64,000 bases of DNA. Source: Hypanus sabinus. Taxonomy: Eukaryota. The first letter of the stretch is position 1, and the number at the start of each line of letters is the position of its first letter. The notes below the pieces were generated by a model. It was not told the origin of the DNA, made no database searches, and saw nothing but the letters and a program-made list of their open reading frames with translations. The position numbers were made by a program, and so were the translations under genes. The stretch is from assembly GCF_030144855.1 (NCBI RefSeq), contig NC_082706.1:129456001-129520000 (forward strand). The letters run 5' to 3'. Below are positions 37,626 through 50,179 of this stretch, one piece after another.

Positions 37626-39593
37626 ATAATCCCCTTTATCTTCCTGTAGTGAAGCATTCTATTTTACTTTTTCCTTAGCTCTAGGGTCACCTATTAGGTG
37701 CCACAATTCTATTTTAATAACTCAAGTCATCACAGATTTACACAAGAACATTAATTGTTTCGATCAGAACTTCTGGCTGCAGCTTGTGGTCTGATTGGAG
37801 GACTGTCAAGTTTAATAAGCTTTCTAACGTATTTTATGTAATTTATTATAATCTGCTTGGATATAGTTGACAAACTCATAGATGTTCCCAATGTGGTCAT
37901 CAGTCAGTAAGGTTCTTCTAAATGAAGTGTCGCCCCATTGTAAAATTGCAACACATCAGATTCCCACAAGCACCAAAAGCACCAGATGATCTGTTTTATT
38001 TCCAGTAGGCTTGACAGAGAATTTGTATTAAGCAGAACTCCAGAGCTAACTCTCCAGTGTTTCAAAATGGTGCCTTGAGCTCATTCATCTACGAATATGT
38101 TTGATGCAAAATGATGTTTCTGAGCATTGATAGTTTATATTTGTCTGCATTAAACTTGACTTTTGATTTTGCTTCCCACCTGCATATTTTACCTAAATAA
38201 ATTCTACACCCCCTCAGTAGTCCCTTCTGTCTCTTAATAGGTGGTGTTATGTAGCAAGGAGACTGACTTCTGTACTTTTATTTACTCAGGGAATTCTTTG
38301 TGTACTAGTAAAGTTGTCAGTTGTACAGTTCTTTTCATTTTATTGATAACTGAAAATACCAGGGAACACAAAAAAGGGCAAATGCTAGTGAACAAACTTT
38401 TTTATGTGGCCTTTATAAACTTCCTTTCTCCGTGAATTTGTTCCTCTGCTGAAAAAGGTCAGGGAGGAATTTGGTGATGGACAATTAAATGGTTGCACAG
38501 AAAATAACTGACAGTTACTTCAACAGAAGGTATTCGGACTTACATTGTTAGAGTAGGATTTTAGTAAAAAATAAATAATAAGACATGCATTGACCAATTT
38601 AAAGCACCTTAAAGCCCATGAATAATTTGTGTACACAGAACTGAAGTGCTATGAACGTAGTAGCCAATTTGCACACATTAATTACTTGAAAATGGCAAAT
38701 CTGATAATATTGGTATTGGCTAAGAGACAAATATTAACCAGGATAACTCACCCTCTATCTTCAAAATAGCAACTGGATATTTTATGTTCAGAGGTAAGCA
38801 AGCGTTTGAAAGACCACCCACTGTGGGGCTGCAGGCATCTTCTGCCATGTAGGAAATTGGTTCAAGGTCATGTTTCTGACTTGGGAACTCTTTGTGTTAA
38901 TGAACATTTCTCAGGAAGAGAGTCTTGCCCTAGCCTGCAGTCGGCTGGTATTGCCAACAGAGAGCTGTCAGTCTAGATTTTTTGAGAGATGTCTGAAGAG
39001 ATTTTAACTCAAAAAGCTTCTGAGTCAAGAGGGCTAAATCTGGCACAAACAACATAAATCCAGGCACAGGTAGCTTTGTATAACCTGAGCTGCACGATAA
39101 ATAGTGAGTGATCCCACTAACTGAACATCCGTATAATGCTGGCCAGGTTCTAAGCTATTCTGAATTATTCTAAATTGGATGAAAGGCTATGCATTCAAAT
39201 CAACAAGTTTGAAAGAGTTAGTGCAAAATCTTCAAAAGCTGCATGTAATTTTAAGACTTAAATGACTGTAAAGGGTAAGAAAAACAGATGCTCAACAGCT
39301 TACGAGTATTGTAAATAAAAGAATAAGGAGAATTAAAGGCAACATTCTGAGGGGATGCTAAAAGAGAGAGATACAATATATTTAGATATTTACAGGACCA
39401 ATGGAGGAAGTAATTGATGATAGAGATAATGGACAGTGCTTGGGGACAAGATTATGTTTTTGTTAACCCTCTAGAAATAAAATGGATCGTGAATGGAAAA
39501 GGACCGTAATATTCATTCACTTAGCAGAAATACTTGATCATCAGATTTTCATATAAACATTATCAACTTGGGCTGTAATTGGTGTTTACTCAC

Positions 39594-39774
39594 CTTGTGG
39601 AGACCCAGTGGCTCTCCACTTGGGGTGGCATTTGTACAGTGATCCTAGCTCCATTGTACAGGTGCTTTAACATATGGTGACATTGAAAATCTTTGCTAAA
39701 CTTCCCAAGGATCTTCTCAATGGGTTTGTTGAGCGCTCCCTCTGAGTAGTGTAGAGATGAAGCATCATACAGTT
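39594..39774 (-). CDS. APCDD1: APCDD1 coding exon 2 (181 nt)
   Basis: Encodes ...[30 protein letters not shown], matching APCDD1 [30 protein letters not shown]. Acceptor tgtgtttctttccag, donor AG/gtgagt; phase 1 in, phase 2 out. Confidence 0.95.
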
Positions 39775-40543
39775 CTGGAAAGAAACACAATACAACAGAT
39801 CAACAGAAGTGAACCCAGGCTAAACACGGCAAATACTGACCTCTTGATTGAATTCCTTAATATGCACTCCATGGGGAATCATGGGAAGAAATTCCAGGAA
39901 TCAATTCAAGTTTACAAATGTAATAAAGAATGCCACAAACCATTCACAAATAGAATGATTTGGTGCCACAATCTCCTTAATCTAGCCAATTTTCAAGATC
40001 TTCAGTTTCAAGTTGTAGGAGCCACTTTTTTTTTACTCTAAACTACTGGACTTTTAAAACATGTGTTTAGAAATAAGAAAAATCATGACTGACCTTTTAC
40101 CCCAGCAATACTTTCCTGCAGTTACTCCTTTGTGCTGTAACCTTGTGGATCAGTCTATCATGCATGACCTTATCAAATATCTTACTAACATTGACATCTT
40201 CCATCCTCCCTTCCTCATTCTGTTATCTCCCCAAAGAACTCAATCCCATTAGTAAGACATATATCCTTAATATCTTTCTTCATATATGATTTGGAAATAA
40301 ACAAGTGTATTAAAAGCTATGTAATTAAAATTCTGCTATTTAAGTATATTCTTAAGAAAAATCTCTTTAGTTGACTCAATAAGCACTATAACAAAACTGT
40401 TGCAAATCTGAAATAAAAATAGAAAATACTGAAAATGCTCAACAAGCCAGGCAGTTGCTGTAAAAAAAAGGAAAACAGAGTTAACATTTCTGGTCCAACC
40501 TGCTGGTTAATCTGCTGAGTTTTTTGTAACCTTTTATATATTA

Positions 40544-41488
40544 CACTGGACAACAAAAATTTTGCTTCTTAAATACTTTTGGGTGTATCTTATGGATTTT
40601 GGGCTGCTGATCATGACAATCACCATGAAATTTCTCTATCACGCACCAATTTTTTAAACCGCCTTTATTTGTCATTTCAATTCATAATGCAAGTTAATTA
40701 AAATGTTGCCCACAATGTAAACTGAAAAATTTGTTTATCATGTTCAGGCATGCTTAGGCATGGTGGATGCTGCATGGCAGGAAAGGTTTTAGAAAGGCTG
40801 TAAATTTCCATAAAGAATTTCAATATTTGAGAAAGAGGTTTCCCAGAATAACTGATGCCATTAAGGAAGGCGTTTTTGTTGGTCCAAAAACCAAACAGAT
40901 TATCAAAGACAGGCAAATTGGAGACCTTCTATTGGGACCTGAGAAAGTTGCATGGAAGACATTCAAGGATGTTGTTGAAAATTTTCTTGGCAACTATAGA
41001 GCACGAGATTACGTGCAGCTGGTTGACAACATGCTTCAAGCATACAAGACCATGAAGTGCAACATGTCCCTAAAGATTCATTTTCTACATTCCCATTTAG
41101 ACTTCTTCCCTGCAGATCTCGGTGCTGTCAGTGATAAGCACAGTGAATGGCTTCACCAAGACATTGTGGTCATGGAGAAATTGTATCAGGACAACTGGAA
41201 TCCATCAATGCTGTCTGATTATTGCTGGACACTCAAGCGAGAAGCCCGAGACACTGAGTACCAAGAAAACCATCACGAAACATTTTTAGCTTAGTTGAAC
41301 TATTGCAAAGTGTCAGTGTCGTTATGTAATTAAATGCATTATATTCAATAAAAGTTAATTTTTTGTTTCTCCAAGATCCTACATGTTACAATCTGAAATT
41401 ATATTTGAGTTCAGCTTCAAATGGTCTATCATAAGCAAAAAAAAATTATGAGGAAGCAACACTTCTGAAAAAAAATTGTTGTCCAGCG
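40544..41488 (+). mobile_element. Internally deleted Chapaev3-like (CMC) DNA transposon
   Basis: TIRs CACTGGACAACAA / TTGTTGTCCAGCG; 3-bp TSD TTA on both sides; ORF 40767-41294 with KEGVFVGP, MSLKIHFLHSHLDFFP.DLGAVSD...HQDI..ME, ML.DYCW. Confidence 0.8.
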
Positions 41489-42057
41489 TTATCTTTGCTT
41501 AGACGTGGGTGTTGTTTGCAAGATCAGCATTTGTTATCCACCCCTAATAACCAATGGAACCACTGCATTCCTGACCTGATCACAAAGGACTGGCGATGGG
41601 ATGCAGTTCACAGATTGATCTGCAGGTGGCAGAGTTCCCATAAAGCTGTTCCTCTTGACCTTGTTGGTGGAAAAGCTGGGTTTGGAGTTGTGGGAGAAGC
41701 TTAGGCAAGTTACAACAGTGTATTGTGTATATGGCACACACTGCAATCACTTTGCACCAGCAGTGAAGGAAGTAATTGTTCGGTGTGATTGATGGGTTTG
41801 CCTATCAGTGAGCTGCTTTATCCAGAAAGATGGTGAGGACCTCAAAAAGAGCAACCACTTGGATTACATCAAATGGGATATCACAGTATCCCCCAATTAC
41901 AATGAGCCTGGGAATGGAATTAATTTTTGATAGATTAATTTTTCTAATTAGTGCCATCAGGGAAAAGGTACAGGAGCCAGAAGACACACACCCAATGTTT
42001 TCGGAGCAGCTTCTTTCCCTCTGCCATCAGAATTCTGAAAGCTACCTCACGATTGTA

Positions 42058-42850
42058 CAGTCGGCCCTCCTTATCTGCGGAGGATTGGTTCCGGGACCCC
42101 CCGTGGATACCAAAAAACGTGGATGCTCAAGACCCTTATTTAAACTGTCTCAATCCTATGGTCTTTAGGACCAGTGGAATCCCGGACCTTATTTAACCTG
42201 TGTGGTGCGGTGGACTTTAGGACCTGGCTCAGTTCTGAATCCGCAGTGTTTCTGTCCACGAAAGTAATCACGATCACGATTGAAAATAAAGTGAAAGTAA
42301 TAAAGCGATTGGAAAGAGGTGGAACACCATCAGTCATTGGAAAAGTATTAGGCTACATCGGTCAACAATTTGGAAAATTTTTAATGGAGCATTTGAAAGG
42401 CCCTGCCCTGATGAAAGCTACAATTATTACTAAGCAACGCAGTGGTTTAATTATTGAAATACGTATGTTTCTTAAGTGTTTTATATGCATAGAAAGGTAA
42501 AATATATACTATATACTAAGACAAACGTTTTACTAACTGAGGCTAAATAATACCGGATATACCTGTTCTGACTTCAAATCTGACTTAAAGACGGACTCAG
42601 GAACAGAATTCGTTCATAACCCAGGGACTGCCTGTACTTTTAAATCATCTCTAGATTACTTACAATACCTAATACAATGCAAATGCTGTGTAAATAGTTG
42701 TTATACTGTATTGTTTAGGGAAAAATGACAAGAAAATATAGTCTGTACAATCTCAAACAACAAGTGCTGGAGAGAGAATTTCCAGGTTTTCCTGATCTGC
42801 GGTTGGTTGAATCCACACTTGTGGAACCTGCGGATAAGGAGGGCCGACTG
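42058..42850 (+). mobile_element. Tigger/pogo non-autonomous element containing a piece of a second Tigger
   Basis: TIRs CAGTCGGCCCTCCTTATC / GATAAGGAGGGCCGACTG with TA TSD; internal CENP-B-type HTH fragment ITIENKVKVIKRLERG; second right TIR ...cataacccagggactgcctg+TA ending at 42634. Confidence 0.85.
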
Positions 42851-43789
42851 TACTCTGTTTTTACACTACTTATTTATTATAAACTTCTTAATGTAGCATA
42901 GTTTTTTTTATGTCTTGCACTGTACTGCTGCTGCAACACAACAAATTTCATGACGTCAGTGATAATAAACCTGATTCTGATTCTAGTAACACACTTGCCT
43001 TCATTTGAGCTCAGAAAGGAAATGCTTTCTCCCCAGATGAACTTGCCTGTTGCTTCTTTTCTAAGTTACCATTGAAAGCACCCTGATAACTGATATTGGT
43101 CTCAATGCCTAAACTAATTATCCTCAGCTGACCTTATCCCCAAACACCTCTGTAACACTGCCTGGCTAGCGCCTTAATGACTTACTTAACTGGTTGTCTT
43201 CATTCTTACCACAAGGAAATACCTGCCCCTAATCATTTGCACAATATGGTAACCACTTTACACTACAATGGTTGGTCCAAGAACTGAATAGTTGAAGCAA
43301 TGTAGCTGTTCCTGAAGTTGGTGGTGTGGAACGTCAAGCTTCTGTACCTCCTGCCTGATGGTAGCTGTGAAAAGATGGCATGGCCCAGAAGGTGTGGATG
43401 ATTGACAATGGATGTATCCCTCAATCACAGTGGGAAGAATTAACCTAACAAATTGCATGCCATTGGGCTGTGGGAGGAAAGCAAGGCACTTGGTGGAATT
43501 GGAATTGGTTTATTCTTGTCACATGTATTGAGGTACAGAGAAAAGCTTGTCTTGCATATTGTGTTACAGATCAGATCATTACACAGGGCATCGAAGTAGA
43601 ACAAGGTAAAACAATAATACAGAATAAAGTGTAACAGCTACAGAGAAAGTGCCACCAAACAATAAGGTGCAATATCATAATGAGATAGTTGTGAGGTCAA
43701 GATTCCAACTCATCATACTAGGGAACTATTCAACAGTCTTATAACAGTGGGTAGAAGCTGTCCTTGAGCCTAGTTCTATATTCTTTCAC

Positions 43790-43975
43790 AAACAAAAGAA
43801 AATCTGCAGGTGCTGGAAGTCAAAGCAATACACATCAAATTCTGGAGGGACTCAGCAGGCCAGGCAGCATCTATGGAAAAGAGTAAACAGACATTCTGAG
43901 AAAGGTCTCGGCCCAAAACATTGACCGTTTATTCTCTTCCCATATATGCTGCCTAGCCTGCTGAGTTCCTCAAGT
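43790..43975. mobile_element. Penelope-derived fold-back short element
   Basis: Inverted arms ctcagcaggccaggcagcatctatgg / ccatatatgctgcctagcctgctgag. Confidence 0.75.
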
Positions 43976-44124
43976 CTCTTTAGTCCCAAAAAGAGTAGTG
44001 TCAGACCAGCCACGATGCACCTAGATAGATGCTTTCTATGGTCAATCACTCGTAAAGAGTGATGATACTCGAAAGGGATGCGCCAATTTCTTTAGCCTCC
44101 TGAGGAAGTAGAGGCTCTGGTGAA

Positions 44125-44245
44125 CTGTCACAGACAAAGGGAGAACGTGCAAACTCCACAGAGATAATGCCTGAAATCTGGATCGAACCTGGAATGTTGG
44201 GGCTGTGAGACAGAACCTCTACCAGCTGCATCACCGCACTGCCAA
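44125..44245 (-). mobile_element. V-domain SINE 5' part
   Basis: Minus-strand tRNA head, B box GGTTCGATCC, V core gtggagtttgcacgttctccc. Confidence 0.75.
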
Positions 44246-45629
44246 AATGTGTCAAATGCATATGCCAGGATCTGGAGCAAGAATCAAGCTGCTGGAGGAG
44301 CTCAGGGAGTCAGGCAGCAGCTCTGGAGGCATTATTGCAAGCTGAGATAATGAATCCGGATTCTTGATCGACTTTATTATTACACAAGTGTTTCAGCACA
44401 AGGGTGGAGTGACTGAGAGGTTAAAATTGACTGCACTGTCCTACTCACTTATTACAGCAGCTAGATTAAGATTGCTTTAACTGCAATTTAAGAAAAAAAA
44501 TTATAATTTTTTACCTGTTCGGAGATGCTCTGCAGCAACAATGTGGCCACGCCTAATTTTGCAATAATATGTGCTGCCGTGTTTTCTGACAGCATGTAGT
44601 GAAATAATCTCAGCAGCATTTCACTTCAAATCCTGCCATACAATGGCTGTTCTGTTCAAGTCCAGTTATTTGATTGTGCGAGCTAGTAGTGCATCACTGA
44701 TGCCGTGGCGCTTATTCTGAGCCAGCCAAGAAAAACTGGAGTATAATAGAAGGCAATTAACATTAACCCTTCATAGGCCACAGAGTGGAGTGTGTTTCAA
44801 AGCAGTCATGTAACTTGAGGCAGAAGTGCAACATAATAAACTTTTTTTCCAAGTTCAACTAGGTAAATGATGTACAATACATTACAAATAGCAGCTTACC
44901 CACAGGCTTGTCACTCAATTGAAACTAGCTGATTGCCAGGTGCAGAAGTGAAGATAAAATCCTCACAATGATTTTTACCATTAAACAGGTCAGTCAGGAA
45001 TTTCCTCCATTGCACCAATACGTTTAATGAAACTGAGGGGACAGGACCTCTCTGCCTCGTTGATACTGAAGGCCAGAGGGAAGAAGGTGATATCTGGTGG
45101 GCTGGGGCAGCAAGAGTCAAGCTGAATGATTTTCCGGTTCAAGAGGTTGAAATAATTTCCGCTGCTTTCCATTTGCCCAGTCATTTCCTGACAGACATTC
45201 AAAGGCTTTTAGGAATTGTTGGGCTGATGCTAGAATTCTTGATCTCTCAATCTATCCTGTCGTGGTCCTGCACTGCACTGCGTAGCTACAATATTATATT
45301 CTGTTTTCTTTTTCAACCTTACACAGGACTTTATCCTTTTCCCTCCTCTGGCACAGTTAATGTTGACAAAATTGATATTAATTTTGCTTCAATCACTAAC
45401 ACTGAATTCCACAACCTTTGAGGCAATGGTGTCTTTTCTGCTTTTTGCTCTAAGCCCCTTTTGGATCTGCTTGCTCAGTCTAGATTCTGAACTAGCAGAA
45501 CCCGTCTGCTTCAATCAGCCCTATCCCATCTATTCAGCATTTCAAACACTTGACAAATACCCTTATGTTAAAGAGAACTAGCCTCATATTTCAATGTTGT
45601 TACTGGGTTATAAAGTTTAAGCAAAAAAA

Positions 45630-45812
45630 CAAGAAAAAATCTGCAGATGCTGGAAATCCGAGCAACACACACAAAATGCTGGAGGAACTCAGCAGGTCAG
45701 GCAGCATCTATGGAAAAGAGTACAGTCGAGGTTTCAGGCCAAGATGTCGACTGAACCCTTTTTCATAGACGCTGCCTGGCCTGCTGAGTTCCTCCAGCAT
45801 TTTATGTGTGTT
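45630..45812. mobile_element. Penelope-derived fold-back short element
   Basis: Near-perfect inverted arms aacacacacaaaatgctggaggaactcagcagg / cctgctgagttcctccagcattttatgtgtgtt. Confidence 0.8.
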
Positions 45813-46213
45813 CCTTTTTAACCAATTTATTGCTTATTTATTATTATTACTTTCTTTTTGTACTTGCACACTGGTTGTCTGTCCTATTGGTGGAGTCTTT
45901 CATTGGTTCTATTATGGTTATTGGATTTATTGAGTATGCCTGCAAGAAAATGAATCTCACTGTTGTACTTTGATAATAAATTTGGCCCACCATGTCTATC
46001 CTGACATTTAAAGTACCCACTTCTACTAATTCAATTTGCCAGCACTTGCTTGTTTAACAGCACTTATTATGCCTTGCCAGTTCGAGTGTTGTGAGTCTCA
46101 GTGCTGACAACCACGCCCTAGGTTAAGAAATTATTTCTCAGCTTGCCTCATTTGTATCCTCAAGTTTTAGACCACCCATCAATGGAGTTACTTTGTCTTC
46201 ATGATTACGTTTG

Positions 46214-46686
46214 TGTTGCACGGAGCGACTGCGGAGAACCCAAGTGCAGGACACAGTCACAGAGATTGAGTTGGGGATGCTGGCGCAGACATGAATGTTG
46301 AACAGCAAACAGGAGGAGTCTGAACATGGAGACGGAGTTTTCATGGAATATCTTGAAACTGGAGCTGAACTTGGAACTAACAGTTCTAAGCAGTCAAGAA
46401 ACGAAGTTATCACATGGGAATAGACCAGTACTGTCATGATCTGGTCTGTGAAGTCCGCGTTCTGGATCCCTGTCCAGTCTCTGGCTCGGAGTCCTTGCCC
46501 AGGTTCCACTTTTCTAGTCTAGTCCTAGTCCAGGCCCTGTATCTTAGTCTCGTCCAGGGCCTGTGTCTTATCCAGCGTCATTTCTTCCCCACTTCCCTTG
46601 CTTCCTTGACACACCCAGCCCCGTTCCTAGTACTTCAGTGTCTATGCCTTGCATTTGGGTCCACTCCCAACACCCACCTTATGACA
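46214..46686. mobile_element. LTR-like composite element
   Basis: TG...CA ends with flanking GTTTG repeats; the right half 46432-46686 has its own TGTCATGA...TTATGACA termini. Confidence 0.5.
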
Positions 46687-49600
46687 GTTTGATCACATTA
46701 GGCATCAACTTATTTATTGGTAGTGTCTTTATAACCTCAATAGCTCTCCACCAGTACTGAATGTGATCCTGCAAAGAGTACTCTTGACAAATGGTCTCGG
46801 TCTGAAACAGCGACTGTACTTTTTTCCATAGATACTGACTGGCCTGCTGAGGTCCTGCAGCCTTTTGGATTTCCAGCATCTGCAGATTTCCTTCTGTTTG
46901 TGATTACAGTACTCTTGGCCCAAGTCTTGTACAAACTCATTGTTACATTTTGAACATAAGACTTTCCGGCCAGTAACAATGCCTTTAATGCTTTAATGGA
47001 AGTTCTCGAGTAACATGCAAATGACCTTGATGCAATTATCAGAGGAATAAGAACCAAAGAATCTCATTGGGCTGGAGGTGCAGTAGACATTTTAACTCAT
47101 TAACTCAACATTAAAAGAAAATGCTAATGATACTCAGCAGGTCAGGCAGCAGCTGTTGTGTTTGTGGTTTGAACATTTCATCAGAAATGAAAAAGTCATC
47201 GCCTAAAACTTTTAAATTTCCTTCTCTTCCGATCTGCTGCTTTGTCAAATATTTCTAGTATTTCATCAGGATTTCCAGCATCTTTGGTTGAATATAATTT
47301 TGATACTGAGATGCCAAAGGGTGATACAGCCCTTGCTAATATTTACTGAGGCTTTGTTGAACCCATTGTAAACAGTAATTCTCTCATCGCAGTGTTTCAT
47401 ACAATCCATAATGGGAACAAGGCAAGTCTTATCCTCAGTAATGATAATGTACCTCCACTCCCAAATGAAGAGGCCATCAACTAGACTGGTATTCAAACAT
47501 GTATCAACAACTCCAATGTTCAATAAATAAACCTATCTAAAGATGAGTCATTCAGAAATTAATCAAATCTCCTGTCAATGAAGTATCATACAAACTGGGG
47601 TTCTATAGAGAGATGGGAAGGACAGGTTCAGGACAAAAACTGATGTTATTTGGGTTTATAAATTGTTTCGTGATAATATGTTTATTTAGCTGAAAACTAT
47701 TAATCTCAATATGACTCATTGGAACTACTCTCACTGCTAGATTACTTTCAGTGAAGCTCAATTACATTGAATGAATCCTGAAAAAGACTGCTTCCAAGGT
47801 CCTACTCACCTTCCACTCATTAGCTCTGTAATTGTTTGCAACTGCTCAATGCATTAGTTAAGATATGGTTAAAGTGCAAGTTTACCAATGCTGAACTTGC
47901 AGTCACAAGGTGGAGCATAGAGCAAAGTGAAGTGAAATTCTCTGGAGACTGCAATCTCACACAGCTTTAGTTTGACATGCATGGGTTGTAAATTCAGTGT
48001 AGCAGCAAACCGACTTTTAAAATGAATCAAAGGAACCACTAGAGCCTTGAGCAAAATTGAAACTTGCTTCACCTCACCTAAAATAATTGGAGAGAAGTGG
48101 CTCTCTGCTTCTAAATATGATTGATGGGTATATGGGTCATAGAAGTGTGAATTCTCTCTGGTCTATATATGTCAGCTAAAGGATTTCAGCTAGACTGAAC
48201 TTATGTTAAACTGCTAGCATCAATTTCACATTTATTAAATGGATTATCAAATATTTTACTCAGAACCATGAAGGCAGTTGGCACAGAAGGAAATCATTCA
48301 GCTCTGTGTTTAGCTGCACTTTGATGGAATTATCCAAGCCTAATTCCACTTCCCTGACTCTCCCAGCAAAACATTCTGCCTCAATATTTATCCTCTTCCC
48401 TAATGATTTCTGTCACAACCAACCTCCCACTGGTAGAGTATTGCAACAGCCCGAATAAAGACATTTCCTTCGTCCCTTTAGCAACACTTTTTTGCCATGA
48501 CTCCTTCATCGCTGCCTCCAGAGATGTAGAAAGAAGAATCATATGGAGAGCATTATTTTGCTGAGCCTCATGTGCCTTAGGGTTCTAATTCACCTGAAGT
48601 AATAAAATGCAATGATAGTACTTACACTCAATGCTTGCTGTTTTGTTGGCATTTTCATGAAGTGCTTTGGGATTAACCTTTATTCAATGTGTGCAACTTA
48701 GAGCCTTAGAAAAATATAGTAGGAACCCGGCCCTTCAGCCCATCAATTCCATGCTGACCATTAACTGTCCACTATGTAAAGCAATTTCATTTTTATTGTC
48801 TCCCTGTCTCCTTCAACTCGCAGCAGGGTCCACCACTCTTACACACCAGGGATGTTTCACAGTGGCCAATTAATTTACTTTGGGATGTGGCTGAAAACAC
48901 GAGTATCCAGAGGAGATCTATGTGGACACAGACATCACACTAAAGGCCACAATAGAACCCAGCTCTCATCAGTGACTCTACCAGCTCTGATACTGTGCTG
49001 TCCAATATGCATTTGGATTGTAGCAGAAGCAAAGATTTGTGCTTGTGTTGAGGTGATATTCTCTGAATGTTGGATGTGAGTGGATGACCTGGATATGGCT
49101 GGAGACAGAATGGAGCCTGGCTTCGTTAAGCACATATCACAACAGATAGCTCAAACACATTAAAAAAGCATCAACATAGAGTGTCCCCATCCCGATTCTT
49201 CTGAGGAGACACAAAAGAATGCAGATACTGGAAACTGGAGCAATCTACTTGGCAGGTCAGGTGAATCCTATGGGATGAAAGTAACTGTCAATGTTTCAGT
49301 TTGAAACCCCACATTAGTACTTTACTCCCATTTCCTCCAAGGGCTAAACACAGCTTAGCAGAGATCACACACATTCCCAACTCCTATCTCATCATTCCTT
49401 CTCCTCAGTACTACCATCCAGGGAGGAGGTACAGGAACTCGAAGAGACACTCAATGTTTTAAAAACAGTTTCTTCCCTCTGCCTTCAGATTTCCGAATGG
49501 TCCGTGGACGCGACCTTACTATTCCTCTCTGTGCTATTTATTATTTTTTCATTGCAAGTTATAATATTTAGTTATGCCTGCACTGTACTGCTGCCACAAA

Positions 49601-50179
49601 ACAACAAGTTTCTCGAGGTACGTCAGTGATAATAAACCTGATTCTGATTCTCACCAGGCAACACCACATACACACAGCCCTACTCTATTTTCACTGTTCA
49701 TTCTAGAACTGCTTCACGTACTAATCCATCCAAGAGAGGAACAAATGGGGAACAAGGCAGGATGGAGTTAGAAGTGAGGGGGCTGGGAGATTGGTAAGGG
49801 TGGGTCAGTGCTCCAGAGTCAGGTTTATATTAAAAAAAGATGCACTTATTTATGGAGATAGAGCAGGTCCCAGGAAATCAGTCTCTGCTGGCACCAGTCC
49901 AGTTTCCTGATATCTGGTCAGGGACATTAATGCACAAATAATCTGTCTAGGGACAAACAGCAGGGGACTGCCAACTGAACTGAAGACCTAATTAAAATTC
50001 AAGTGGTGGAGTTTATGAGAAACTGTTCATTATTTTCCTTGCACAGCTAATATCATCCCACTGAAAGCTTTCTCAACTGTATCCATGAAAGAGATGATTA
50101 TTCAATGAACTATTTTGTGCACTTGTGCACAATAAAGCCAGTTAAATTTTACGTAGAATCTAGGAAAGGATAGGTCCTA

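Noticed and set aside
45660-45812. Pre-miRNA hairpin
   Set aside because: The hairpin is explained by a multi-copy fold-back repeat; no evidence of precise processing.
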